Shown here: in pieces, positions 1-9,077 of the stretch
Layout of the letters: each line of letters opens with the position of its first letter
Position numbering within the stretch: the stretch's first letter is position 1
Program-made: the position numbers and the translations under genes
Assembly: GCA_964572775.1 (NCBI GenBank)
Contig: CAZNEX010000003.1
Coordinates: 2,400 to 66,399 of the forward strand
Source: an uncultured Candidatus Saccharibacteria bacterium
Lineage (GTDB): Bacteria; Patescibacteriota; Saccharimonadia; Saccharimonadales; Saccharimonadaceae
Length of the DNA stretch: 64,000 nt
Reading direction: 5' to 3'
The notes under the pieces: model-generated
What the model saw: only the letters and a program-made list of their open reading frames with translations
Databases searched by the model: none
Told to the model about the DNA's origin: nothing

Positions 1-10
1 TACTAGCAGC

Positions 11-535
11 ATGGATATAATAATCAGAATTATTGCAGATGGATTTGTTGTTTTAGTAGGGCTGTTGGCACTGTATAAGTTTTATAAAATTCCGCGCAGT
101 CAGTGGCTGCGTTGGGGCATCTTGATCTTTCTAGCTGGGGTAACTTCGTATCTTGCAGCAAAAGTAGCTGGACATTTTTTTCAGCCAGAGACGCTTCGAC
201 CATTTGAAAAGTTGGCAGTCGATCCAGGAGCAGCTTATTTGAATAACCCTGGATTTCCGAGTGATCATGCACTTTTTGCAACTTTTTTGACCTTGGCAGT
301 GTGGTTTTCGACCAAAGACCGAAAGTTTAGTTTGATCATGCTGACTCTGACAATTGTTATGTGTATTGGCCGGGTGTTGGCGTTGGTTCATACACCGCTT
401 GATGTGATAGGCGGCATGATATTGGCGCTGGTCGGGACAGTTTGGTATGGACGTTTAGGTGATATTGTACTACAATATATAAAACCTAGAGGAGACAATA
501 ATGAACGAAGCACCAATCGTCGCTACAAACATTGA
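11..535 (+). CDS. PAP2-family membrane phosphatase (undecaprenyl-diphosphatase-like)
   Basis: Polytopic membrane ORF carrying PAP2 motifs PSDH (C2) and R-x5-H-x3-D (GRVLALVHTPLD, C3). Confidence 0.75.
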   Translation: MDIIIRIIADGFVVLVGLLALYKFYKIPRSQWLRWGILIFLAGVTSYLAAKVAGHFFQPETLRPFEKLAVDPGAAYLNNPGFPSDHALFATFLTLAVWFSTKDRKFSLIMLTLTIVMCIGRVLALVHTPLDVIGGMILALVGTVWYGRLGDIVLQYIKPRGDNNERSTNRRYKH

Positions 536-1001
536 ACGAACTGATCCGATTGTACCCATGTCGGGACGAGAAATTTTATCGATAGCATCGGTTGGAGCTT
601 TGGTTGGCGCTATCGTCTACGGTGTTTTTGTGGCTCTTGTGAACTATGTATTTCGTCCAGCAATGTGTCATAGCGAGGCATCAGCATCTTGTGCTCAAGC
701 CGATAATTACGCCTTTATTGTTGCTGCTGTACTGGGCTTTGTGATTGCGATGGTGCTGCTTGTCCGAGTGCGGACTTACCGACCGCTGCTGGTAGCGATT
801 GGCGCCACTATTGCCACATGGGGTCTAGCTAATTTGTTGCATGCGCACGTGGTTTGGTATATTGCGCTGCTTGTTGGTGTTGTTGTGTATGATCTTTGCT
901 ATAGTTTATTTGCTTGGCTGGCTCGCTTGCGATCGTTTATTTTTGCAGCAATTCTAACGATTGCGGTTGCTGCCTTGAGTTGCTGGCTGCTCCATAGCTA
1001 G
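501..1001 (+). CDS. hypothetical polytopic membrane protein
   Basis: About four hydrophobic helices and no recognisable motif. The start is uncertain: ATG 501 overlaps the upstream gene, and ATG 558 is an alternative. Confidence 0.45.
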   Translation: MNEAPIVATNIERTDPIVPMSGREILSIASVGALVGAIVYGVFVALVNYVFRPAMCHSEASASCAQADNYAFIVAAVLGFVIAMVLLVRVRTYRPLLVAIGATIATWGLANLLHAHVVWYIALLVGVVVYDLCYSLFAWLARLRSFIFAAILTIAVAALSCWLLHS

Positions 1002-1016
1002 TGCTATACTAGAGTC

Positions 1017-2093
1017 ATGGAAGAACTTATGATTATCGCATTTATTGTTGTTGCGGCGATTGCGATCGGCTTTTTTGTGGTCGTTGTCATCTTGACTAGT
1101 CGGATTCGCGAGTTGCGTAATCAGTCGGCTGTCGAGTTGGTCAAAAGCGACATGGTAGAGCTAAATCGATCGGTTAGTGATTTACAAAAAGCGCTAGGCG
1201 AGAGATTGGATCGCAGTAGCCAGAATATGCAGCAGTCTGTACAGCGGCAGCTGAGCGAGAGCGCAAAATTGGTCGCAGACGTGACGCAGAGATTGACCAA
1301 GCTTGATGAGACGAACCGACGCGTTGTTGATGTTGCTGATGAACTCAAGACGCTGCAAAACGTCTTGTCGAATCCAAAACAGCGCGGGGTGTTTGGTGAG
1401 TTTTATCTGCAATCTGTACTGGAGAATGTTTTGGCAGTTGGACAATACGAAACGCAGTACAAATTTGTTGACGGCGTGATTGTTGATGCGGTTATATTTC
1501 TAGAGAAAAATAAAGTTTTACCAATCGATAGCAAGTTTAGTCTCGAGAACTACAATCGTATGATTGAAGCCACGGGCGATGAACGCACTCGACTGTTGCA
1601 GAAAGTTAAGTCTGATTTAAAAGCGCGTATCGATGAGACCAGCAAGTATATCAGGCCAAGTGAAAATACAATGGATTTTGCATTTATGTTTATTCCTAGC
1701 GAGTCGCTTTATTACGACTTGTTGATCAATAATGTCGGCCAGGGCGGTAGCAGCCGCGATTTGATAGAGTATGCATTTCGTGATAAACGAGTAATCATCG
1801 TAAGCCCAACAAGCTTTATGGCCTATTTGCAGACCGTTTTACAGGGTCTTCGAAGTTTGCAGATTGAAGAACAAGCCAAAGAAATTCAAGTTCGGGTTGG
1901 TAAACTAGGGAGCCATATTGGCAAGTTTGAGACCTTTATGCAAAAACTAGGTGCGTCATTGTCGACGACAGTTGGACACTACAATAACGCGCATAAAGAA
2001 CTGGCCAAGATTGACAAAGATGTTATCAAGATTGCCAACACAACTAGTGTTGTCGATGCCAATACAGTCGATAAACCACTGCTAAACGATTAG
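1017..2093 (+). CDS. rmuC: DNA recombination protein RmuC
   Basis: N-terminal TM helix, a long coiled-coil region, then an RmuC-type C-terminal domain (FAFMFIPSESLYYDL...VIIVSPTSFMAYLQ). TATACT lies 6 nt upstream of the ATG. Confidence 0.85.
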   Translation: MEELMIIAFIVVAAIAIGFFVVVVILTSRIRELRNQSAVELVKSDMVELNRSVSDLQKALGERLDRSSQNMQQSVQRQLSESAKLVADVTQRLTKLDETNRRVVDVADELKTLQNVLSNPKQRGVFGEFYLQSVLENVLAVGQYETQYKFVDGVIVDAVIFLEKNKVLPIDSKFSLENYNRMIEATGDERTRLLQKVKSDLKARIDETSKYIRPSENTMDFAFMFIPSESLYYDLLINNVGQGGSSRDLIEYAFRDKRVIIVSPTSFMAYLQTVLQGLRSLQIEEQAKEIQVRVGKLGSHIGKFETFMQKLGASLSTTVGHYNNAHKELAKIDKDVIKIANTTSVVDANTVDKPLLND

Positions 2094-2105
2094 ACATTTA
2101 TCAAT

Positions 2106-2138
2106 AAAAATCCGCCTAGAGACGCTAGGCGGATTTTT
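2106..2138. terminator. bidirectional rho-independent terminator between convergent rmuC and the aquaporin gene
   Basis: Perfect 14-bp inverted repeat AAAAATCCGCCTAG / CTAGGCGGATTTTT with a 5-nt loop. The A- and T-tracts give a U-run on both strands. Confidence 0.85.
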
Positions 2139-2156
2139 GATCGACACGGTCAATTA

Positions 2157-3077
2157 CTATCTAAAACGGTAGTTAAGTAGGCGTGTCAAGTTGGCACCGA
2201 TCGCAGCACCAATTAGTGTACCAAAGATTACTTCCCAGCTAATTCGTGAGAAACGAGTTTCGCTTTCGGTCTTAGCCTCAGTAGTAGAGTTATTGCGAAG
2301 TTGCGACTCTGGTATTTCTGTAGTAGCTAGAGCAACTGCAGGGTTAAGTGTCGCGCCGCTGACGTAAAGGAAATGAGGAATTGCCATTTCTTTATCTGAC
2401 TTAGCGGCTTCAGTTTGGTAGTTTGTGATTGCTTGATTGCGAGCTGGCACGTATAGGCTAGTTGAAACCAAGATAGCAACAAATAGCGATAGACCAACGC
2501 CGAAAGCTTTGCTACCAGCCGAAAGATCGACGCGGCTGAGTGCAGCCGTTAGACCCCACAAGAAGACAGCTGTTCCGATCAACTCAATAAAGAAGATCGT
2601 CCAGCTAAACTGGCCAAAGTGACCAAAGAAGTCAATATTTAACTTTGTACCACTAACCATAGTAGTTACGACTAGAGCAGCAACTGCACCTAGTAGCTGG
2701 GCTGCCCAGTAGAATGGCAGCAAAATTGACTTTAGTTTTTTGCTTGCCCATAGACCAAAGGTAACGGCTGGGTTGACGTGTGAGCCCGAAACCGCGCCAA
2801 TTGTCATGACGAGAACAGCAAGCGTCAAACCGACAAATAGCGGCATAACATCGCTGGCAGTCATAAGAACAACTGTGGTTAGGACAAATGTACCGACTAG
2901 TTCTGCGAGTACAATGTTGATGACATTGCTATCGAGCCTCGAGAAAGCGCTGGTGCTACGGTTTGCGGTTGGTCGCGAAACAGCACTACTTGCGCTAACT
3001 GTCCGTACAGTTGTAGTTGACTTTGAAGCTGCGGCTTTTTTTACCACTGGCTTTTTGGTGACTTTTTTTGTCGCCAT
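2157..3077 (-). CDS. MIP-family channel (aquaporin/glycerol facilitator-like)
   Basis: Two NPA boxes (HVNPAVTFG, TLNPAVALA) in a six-TM layout. It has a Lys/Ser/Thr-rich N-terminal extension of about 50 aa. AAGGAGGG Shine-Dalgarno upstream. Confidence 0.85.
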   Translation of the reverse strand: MATKKVTKKPVVKKAAASKSTTTVRTVSASSAVSRPTANRSTSAFSRLDSNVINIVLAELVGTFVLTTVVLMTASDVMPLFVGLTLAVLVMTIGAVSGSHVNPAVTFGLWASKKLKSILLPFYWAAQLLGAVAALVVTTMVSGTKLNIDFFGHFGQFSWTIFFIELIGTAVFLWGLTAALSRVDLSAGSKAFGVGLSLFVAILVSTSLYVPARNQAITNYQTEAAKSDKEMAIPHFLYVSGATLNPAVALATTEIPESQLRNNSTTEAKTESETRFSRISWEVIFGTLIGAAIGANLTRLLNYRFR

Positions 3078-3133
3078 ATATTCCCTCCTTTAAAAACTAG
3101 AATATACAGCCAGTATAACATATACTATTATCT

Positions 3134-3382
3134 ATGGGATTATTTGTGAACCAAAATGAGAATCGCACAGAGCTACAGCAAAGACTTGATGCTGAGCTAC
3201 GCGCCAAGGCGGCCGCCCAGCGGAACGCGTCTGGCATGTCGGATGATCCAATCGATATCAACGACAGCGCTTATCTAAAAGGCACCAAGCAGACTACTTC
3301 GCTTGACTGGGCGTGGTTATTGATCGGCATAGCGGTTGTAGTGCTGCTGGCGGCTTTTGTGTACCTAACGAATCGAGGCTAA
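3134..3382 (+). CDS. small tail-anchored membrane protein (hypothetical)
   Basis: Charged N-terminal half followed by one C-terminal TM helix. Its stop abuts the pheS start (TAAATG). TATACT lies 7 nt upstream of the ATG. Confidence 0.45.
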   Translation: MGLFVNQNENRTELQQRLDAELRAKAAAQRNASGMSDDPIDINDSAYLKGTKQTTSLDWAWLLIGIAVVVLLAAFVYLTNRG

Positions 3383-4417
3383 ATGGATTTTTCAGAATTA
3401 GAAAAGATATTGCTTGACAGGGTGGCTAATCAGCCGCAGCCGAAAAATGTTTTGAAATCACCAGAAATCACTGAACTTTATCGTGCGATCAAAGATCAAG
3501 CGCCAGAAGAGCGAGCGGCTTTTGGTCAGAAAGTTAATAGTCTAAAGCAGAAGCTAGAGCAAGCAATTTTAGACCGTGAGAAAGCTAGTCTGGTCGATGA
3601 TCGACCGCGTCTCGATGTGACAGCGCCGATGGATGTCAATTCTAGAATGCCAGTTTTGCCAAGTGGCGCAGTAGGTACTCAGCACCCATTGTCGCGTGAG
3701 ATTAGTCGCTTATCAGAGATTTTTGAACGCATGGGATATGTTATCGAGCAGTCACGCGAGATCGACGATCAGTATCATATGTTTGAGTCGCTCAATTTTC
3801 CAAAAGGACATCCAGCGCGCGACGATTATGACACTTTCATGACCGTTGAAACCGACAAAAACGGCGATCAACTTATCGCGCCAGCTCACACCAGTACCAT
3901 GCAAAATCGTATCCTAAAAAAGTACAAAAACGATCTCGATAACGGCCGAGCCATTGCTGCTGTTGTGCCTGATCGAGTGTTTCGCAACGAAGATCTCGAT
4001 GCGCGGCACGAGCACACTTTTTATCAATTTGAAGGCGTCTACGTCGACAAAGGTGTGCATGCTGGCATGTTGATTGCGACGCTGCAAGAATTCTTACAAA
4101 GTTACTACCAGCAAAAACTGGAAGTGCGCGTTAATCCTTTTTACTTTCCATTTACGGAGCCAAGTTTTGAATTTGCGTTATCATGTCCATTTTGTCAAAA
4201 AGCTGGCTGTTCGGTTTGTTCGTACGAGGGCTGGATTGAACTACTCGGTTGCGGCCTGATCCATCCAAATGTGCTTCGAGCCGCCGGCATTGATCCGCAG
4301 ATTTACACCGGATTTGCATGGGGCGGCGGTGTCGATCGACTAGTGATGATGAAATACGGTATCGAGGACATTCGACATTTTCAAAGTGGAAAACTAGACT
4401 TTTTGAGGCAGTTTTGA
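3383..4417 (+). CDS. pheS: phenylalanine--tRNA ligase alpha subunit
   Basis: Class II aaRS core (HPARDDYDTF, FRNEDLDARHEHTFYQFEG, GFAWGGGVDRL) and a length typical of PheS. Confidence 0.95.
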   Translation: MDFSELEKILLDRVANQPQPKNVLKSPEITELYRAIKDQAPEERAAFGQKVNSLKQKLEQAILDREKASLVDDRPRLDVTAPMDVNSRMPVLPSGAVGTQHPLSREISRLSEIFERMGYVIEQSREIDDQYHMFESLNFPKGHPARDDYDTFMTVETDKNGDQLIAPAHTSTMQNRILKKYKNDLDNGRAIAAVVPDRVFRNEDLDARHEHTFYQFEGVYVDKGVHAGMLIATLQEFLQSYYQQKLEVRVNPFYFPFTEPSFEFALSCPFCQKAGCSVCSYEGWIELLGCGLIHPNVLRAAGIDPQIYTGFAWGGGVDRLVMMKYGIEDIRHFQSGKLDFLRQF

Positions 4418-4460
4418 GATGTTAGCGATAGTAAAAAGTATCAATTAAACTGAGGTAAAC

Positions 4461-7010
4461 ATGAAAATTAGCCTAAATACAGTCAAAGAACTAACTGGTC
4501 TCGATTTGCCGCCAGTTGATGAATTGGTGCATCGAATCAACCAACAGCTTGGTGCTGTAGAAGAAGTAATTGAGCTTGGTGACATTTACCGTGATGCCAA
4601 AATAGTTCGTGTTGTCGAGTGTCATAAGCATCCAAATGCTGATAAACTGAGCGTTTGCAAGATTGATGCGGGCTTGGGAGAGCTGGTTCAGGTGGTTTGC
4701 GGAGCGCCCAATGTACATGCAGATATGTGGGCAGTTTGGCTGCCGCCAGAATCGATTGTACCGAGTACATACAGTGATGCTGAGCCATTTCGTCTAGGTG
4801 CTCGCGAACTGCGCGGTATAATGAGCCACGGTATGTTGGCGGCTGGTGATGAACTGGCGATCAATAACGATCACGCTGGTATCGTTAAAATTCATGACAA
4901 CGATCTAAAAAAATCAACAGAACTTGTTCCGGGGCAGTCATTTGCCGAAACTTTTGGTCTTAATGATACCATTATCAACATCGAGAACAAGATGTTTACT
5001 CATCGTCCAGATCTGTTTGGTCAACTTGGTGTCGCTAGAGAGATCTCGGCAATTTTGAAAGGCCTGAAGCAACAGTCTGAAGACGTTGGCGACACGCGCT
5101 TTGTCAATCCAGACTGGTATTGGCAAATGCCAGTTTTTGAGACGGCCAATACTCTGCCGCTAGAGATATTTAACGATGTTGCCGAAAATGTGCCAAGATT
5201 TATGGCGGTAGCTATGGAAAATATTGTTGTGGCACCGAGTCCTCTTTGGCTGCAAACAACTCTGTTGCGTTGGGGTAGTAAATCGATCAACAACGTCGTT
5301 GATGTAACTAACTACATCATGCTTTTAACTGCTCAGCCAACTCATGCATACGACTACGATAAGCTGATCGGTCACAAACTTGGGGCTAGAATGGCGAATG
5401 ATAATGAAGCGATCACTTTGCTGAATGGCAAGACTTACCACTTAACACCTGACGATATTGTCATCGCTGATGGCGGCAAAGCAGTCGGTCTAGCAGGCAT
5501 CATGGGTAGCGGCACCAGCGAAGTCGATGATAAAACCGAACGAATTGTGCTTGAGGTGGCCAGCTTTGATATGTACAAAGTGCGCAAAAGCAGTATGCGT
5601 CACGGTGTTTTCACAGATGCGTTGACACGGTTCAATAAGGGCCAATCTTATCTCCAAAACGGGCGTGTTTTGGCGGAGCTAATGCAAATTATTCGGCAAC
5701 TTACTGGTGCCAAGCAAGCGTCTAATGTTTTTGATCTACCCGATAAGCACGACCAGCTAGATGAACCTTCGATCAACGGTGCAATGACGGTTAGTGCTTC
5801 CTTTATCAATGACCGATTGGGCCTTGACTTAGAAACACAGCAGATCGGCGATCTATTGCGCCGTGTTAATTTTGCCTCATATCCGCCTGGCGATGATCCG
5901 ACAATTCTCGAGATCACAGCTCCGTTTTGGCGAACCGATATCGAGCAGCCTGAAGACGTTGTTGAAGAAGTCGGCCGACTTTATGGGTTTGATAAATTAC
6001 CGCGCGAATTGCCTCGTCGCTTTACGGCTGCTGCATCAAAGCTCGCAGTGATCCAGCTTAAGCAAACAATCCGACGGGAGCTCGAAAAAACTGGCGCAAA
6101 TGAGGTGCTAACTTATAGCTTTGTCCACGAACAGATCATCAAAAAAGCTGGGCAAGATCCGACTCACGCTTTTGGTTTGTCAAATGCTCTTAGTCCCGAC
6201 CTCCAGTACTATCGTTTGAGTGTGCTGCCGAGTCTTCTCGATAAAGTGCAATTAAATGTGCGAGCCGGCTATCGAGAATTTAGGCTGTTTGAGATCGGTA
6301 AAGCTCACTTTAAAGGTGTAAATGATCGAAGCGAGCCAGAGCTGCCAGCCGAATTGGAGCGATTGGCCACTGTCTTGGTGCAAACTGATGCCAAGTCGAG
6401 TCCATTTTATGATGCAAAACTACTACTCGAGCATATCGTTGGTAGCTTAAATATCAAAGAAAAAATTAGCTATTTAGCACTCGATACAGCTGATTTAAGC
6501 GATTATCCGGCGTTTTATGAAGCGACTCGGATGTTTGCTGGTCAGAGAAGTGCCGTTGTCTACATCAATAATCAGGTACTCGGTGTGGTGGGCGAGTATC
6601 GAAACTCTGTTATCAAAGATTTCAAATTGCCTAATTTTACAGCTGGCTTTGAGATAGATCTTGGGGTATTAGTCGATTCCGCTTCTCGTCCGAACTATCG
6701 TGCATTAAGCCGCTACCCTTCGATTAGCAATGATCTATCGTTGAAAGTTAGTGGAGACACCTCTTATCAGCAGGTTCATGATGGTTTGGAGCAGATTTTG
6801 AGCCGCGAGGTCGGCAATCGGATAAATAGCGGTGTCTATAAGATCGAGCCAGTGACAATTTATCAGCCCGAGCAGCACGGTGATAAGACGATAACGATCA
6901 GGGTTGAAGTTGCTAGTGGCGAAGAAACATTGCGTGATGAGCAGGTCAATCGTTTACTCGATCAATCTGTTAGTAAGCTAGCCGAACAGATAAATTTGAC
7001 TAGAATTTAG
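4461..7010 (+). CDS. pheT: phenylalanine--tRNA ligase beta subunit
   Basis: Immediately follows pheS. It has an N-terminal tRNA-binding (OB) domain (HPNADKLSVCKIDAG) plus B3/4 and B5-like regions and an anticodon-binding C-terminus. 849 aa. Confidence 0.95.
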   Translation: MKISLNTVKELTGLDLPPVDELVHRINQQLGAVEEVIELGDIYRDAKIVRVVECHKHPNADKLSVCKIDAGLGELVQVVCGAPNVHADMWAVWLPPESIVPSTYSDAEPFRLGARELRGIMSHGMLAAGDELAINNDHAGIVKIHDNDLKKSTELVPGQSFAETFGLNDTIINIENKMFTHRPDLFGQLGVAREISAILKGLKQQSEDVGDTRFVNPDWYWQMPVFETANTLPLEIFNDVAENVPRFMAVAMENIVVAPSPLWLQTTLLRWGSKSINNVVDVTNYIMLLTAQPTHAYDYDKLIGHKLGARMANDNEAITLLNGKTYHLTPDDIVIADGGKAVGLAGIMGSGTSEVDDKTERIVLEVASFDMYKVRKSSMRHGVFTDALTRFNKGQSYLQNGRVLAELMQIIRQLTGAKQASNVFDLPDKHDQLDEPSINGAMTVSASFINDRLGLDLETQQIGDLLRRVNFASYPPGDDPTILEITAPFWRTDIEQPEDVVEEVGRLYGFDKLPRELPRRFTAAASKLAVIQLKQTIRRELEKTGANEVLTYSFVHEQIIKKAGQDPTHAFGLSNALSPDLQYYRLSVLPSLLDKVQLNVRAGYREFRLFEIGKAHFKGVNDRSEPELPAELERLATVLVQTDAKSSPFYDAKLLLEHIVGSLNIKEKISYLALDTADLSDYPAFYEATRMFAGQRSAVVYINNQVLGVVGEYRNSVIKDFKLPNFTAGFEIDLGVLVDSASRPNYRALSRYPSISNDLSLKVSGDTSYQQVHDGLEQILSREVGNRINSGVYKIEPVTIYQPEQHGDKTITIRVEVASGEETLRDEQVNRLLDQSVSKLAEQINLTRI

Positions 7011-7029
7011 ACTATTTTTTAAAATATAC

Positions 7030-7058
7030 TTGACAAAAACCAAATAATGGTGTATCAT
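7030..7058 (+). promoter_or_regulatory. sigma70-type promoter for the first LPHTG surface-protein gene
   Basis: TTGACA (7030-7035), a 17-nt spacer, then TATCAT (7053-7058). Confidence 0.6.
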
Positions 7059-7092
7059 GAGTGATGTTCGAATAATTTGGGAGAACATATTT

Positions 7093-7839
7093 ATGAAACT
7101 AGTCAAGACAATTCTATCAACAGCTGTCGTTGCCATGGCTATGGGTGGTGCAGTTGTACTAAATCCAATCCTAGCAAGAGCAACCGACAATCCAAACACC
7201 GTATCTTGTGTAAAGGGTGAAGTCAAGCAAGACTTTACTGGTGAGTGGACTAGCCGCAACACAGTTAAGTTTTCGACTGCAGACGGCAAAAAATTGTGTA
7301 AAGATGTTGACGTTTTCGTTAGCTCTTACGTTATGCCAGACAATTACAATGGTGAGAAGTTCTGGAACAACCCAACTGCAACGCCTCAGACAATGTTTGC
7401 CAGCAAAAAGATTACTCTAAAAGCTGGTACAACTGGTGCGACAGTTACTACTATCAATGTGCCATCGGTTTGTAAAAACATCCAGGTTGATGCTTACCTT
7501 GGCCCAGAGCTAAAAGTTGTTGGCCCTGAAGGTCACGATGGACGAGCATTTGCGACTGCTATCTACAAAAAGACAGTTGACTCATGCGAGACTCCAAAAG
7601 TTGACACATGTAACACTGAGACAGGTAAAGTCGTTAAAGTTGAAAAAGGTAACGAGAACAAAGCTCCTTACTCAACAGACTTTACTAAATGTGAAGACAA
7701 GCCAGCTCCTGTAAAGGAAGAGGAGAAAGAAACTCCTGCTGAGCTACCTCACACTGGTGTTAACCTAGGTGTCCTAAGCGCTCTACCAATCAGCCTTGCA
7801 GTTGCAGCTGGTGTAGCTTACGCTCAGAAACGCCAATAG
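7093..7839 (+). CDS. LPXTG-type (LPHTG) cell-wall-anchored surface protein
   Basis: Signal peptide (MKLVKTILSTAVVAMAMGGAVVLNPILARA), Cys-containing ectodomain and a C-terminal sorting signal (ELPHTG, hydrophobic stretch, KRQ). GGGAGA Shine-Dalgarno before ATG 7093. ATG 7057 lies inside the -10 box. Confidence 0.75.
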   Translation: MKLVKTILSTAVVAMAMGGAVVLNPILARATDNPNTVSCVKGEVKQDFTGEWTSRNTVKFSTADGKKLCKDVDVFVSSYVMPDNYNGEKFWNNPTATPQTMFASKKITLKAGTTGATVTTINVPSVCKNIQVDAYLGPELKVVGPEGHDGRAFATAIYKKTVDSCETPKVDTCNTETGKVVKVEKGNENKAPYSTDFTKCEDKPAPVKEEEKETPAELPHTGVNLGVLSALPISLAVAAGVAYAQKRQ

Positions 7840-7854
7840 TTAACTCGTAAAAGC

Positions 7855-7889
7855 AAAATACTCGCTCTTAACCAGGAGCGAGTATTTTT
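7855..7889 (+). terminator. rho-independent terminator
   Basis: 13-bp perfect stem AAAATACTCGCTC / GAGCGAGTATTTT with an 8-nt loop and a T-run. Confidence 0.8.
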
Positions 7890-7907
7890 GTATTGTATAA
7901 TAAAACC

Positions 7908-8102
7908 ATGACTAAAAAGCTGTATCGATCAACTACGGATAAAAAGATTGCCGATATTTGCGGAGGATTAGAAGACTACACGGGTATCGATTCGACTGTT
8001 TGGCGGCTAATCTTTTTGGTTTTGTTACTACCAGGCGGTGCGCCGGGACTTGTGCCATATCTCATCATGTGGTTTATTGTGCCGCAAAAACCAAGCCACT
8101 AG
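7908..8102 (+). CDS. PspC-domain small membrane protein
   Basis: LYRSTTDKKIADICGGLEDYTGIDSTVWRLIFLVLLL matches the PspC N-terminal domain pattern. TATAAT lies 6 nt upstream of ATG 7908. Confidence 0.65.
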   Translation: MTKKLYRSTTDKKIADICGGLEDYTGIDSTVWRLIFLVLLLPGGAPGLVPYLIMWFIVPQKPSH

Positions 8103-8177
8103 TTTTGGATACAAATTACCGATCTTAAGACTGGTTAAACTTGAAGGCTTTAAGCGAAAGCGGTATAGTAGAGACAA

Positions 8178-9077
8178 ATGAGCACCCAGTCGGCTAAAAA
8201 ATATCCAATCATTGTTTCGCTCGTGATTATTGCGCTGTTTGGCATTGGCTGGTGGCTGTTGCGCGATGCGCATCTACCAGTATTGTCGCCTAGTGGATCA
8301 ATTGCCAATCAGCAGCGCGATCTTATTGTTTTTACGGTTGTTTTAGCGCTAGTTGTGGTTGTGCCAGTTTTTGTGATGCTTGCTGTGTTCGCCTGGAGAT
8401 ACCGAGATGGTGCCAAGGCGCATTATCAGCCAGAGTGGGCCGATAACAAAAAGTTAGAATTCATTTGGTGGGGTATACCGATTGCCATAATTATTCTGCT
8501 TAGTGTTGTGACCTATATAACTAGTCATTCGCTCGATCCTTATAAACCGATTCAGTCGACTAAGCCAGCGCTAGAAGTGCAAGTAGTTGCACTGCAATGG
8601 AAATGGCTGTTTATTTATCCTGACCAAAAGATTGCTACAATTAACGATTTGACGATTCCGGCTGGCCGACCAGTTCATTTTAACTTGAGCGCAGATGCTC
8701 CAATGAGCGCTTTTTGGGTGCCGGCTTTGGGCGGGCAGATTTATACAATGGGCGCGATGAATAGCCAGCTGCATTTAATCGCCGATCATCAAGGCGTCTA
8801 CGACGGTTACAATACCAACATCAATGGCCAAGGCTATGCCAAGATGACGTTTAAGGTCAATGCACTTAGCGATGAAAAGTTCGAAACTTGGGTGAAGAAT
8901 TTCGATGGCAGCAATCATGTCTTAAATCAGATGCATTTTGACGAAATTAGGCAGCCAAGCATTGAGCCTATGCCAATGTACATGCGTCTTGAAGACCAAA
9001 ATCTTTATCACAATATCGTCATGAAGCAAATGAATAGCACATCGGATAGTAAACAACACGAAGGGCATGGTATGTGA
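8178..9077 (+). CDS. cyoA: cytochrome bo3-type quinol oxidase subunit II
   Basis: Two N-terminal TM helices followed by a cupredoxin domain. The CuA ligand Cys/His positions are replaced (NTNINGQGYAKM), as in quinol oxidases rather than cytochrome c oxidases. Confidence 0.9.
   Translation: MSTQSAKKYPIIVSLVIIALFGIGWWLLRDAHLPVLSPSGSIANQQRDLIVFTVVLALVVVVPVFVMLAVFAWRYRDGAKAHYQPEWADNKKLEFIWWGIPIAIIILLSVVTYITSHSLDPYKPIQSTKPALEVQVVALQWKWLFIYPDQKIATINDLTIPAGRPVHFNLSADAPMSAFWVPALGGQIYTMGAMNSQLHLIADHQGVYDGYNTNINGQGYAKMTFKVNALSDEKFETWVKNFDGSNHVLNQMHFDEIRQPSIEPMPMYMRLEDQNLYHNIVMKQMNSTSDSKQHEGHGM

Noticed and set aside
3134-3382. A possible T-box leader upstream of pheS instead of a small ORF.
   Set aside because: I found no T-box consensus (AANNNGGGTGGNACCGCG-like) and no specifier/antiterminator architecture. 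The region encodes a plausible tail-anchored protein whose stop abuts the pheS start (TAAATG).
7057-7092. An upstream ATG (7057) as the start of the LPHTG surface protein.
   Set aside because: That ATG lies inside the predicted -10 hexamer (TATCAT 7053-7058). ATG 7093 has a Shine-Dalgarno sequence and yields a canonical signal peptide.
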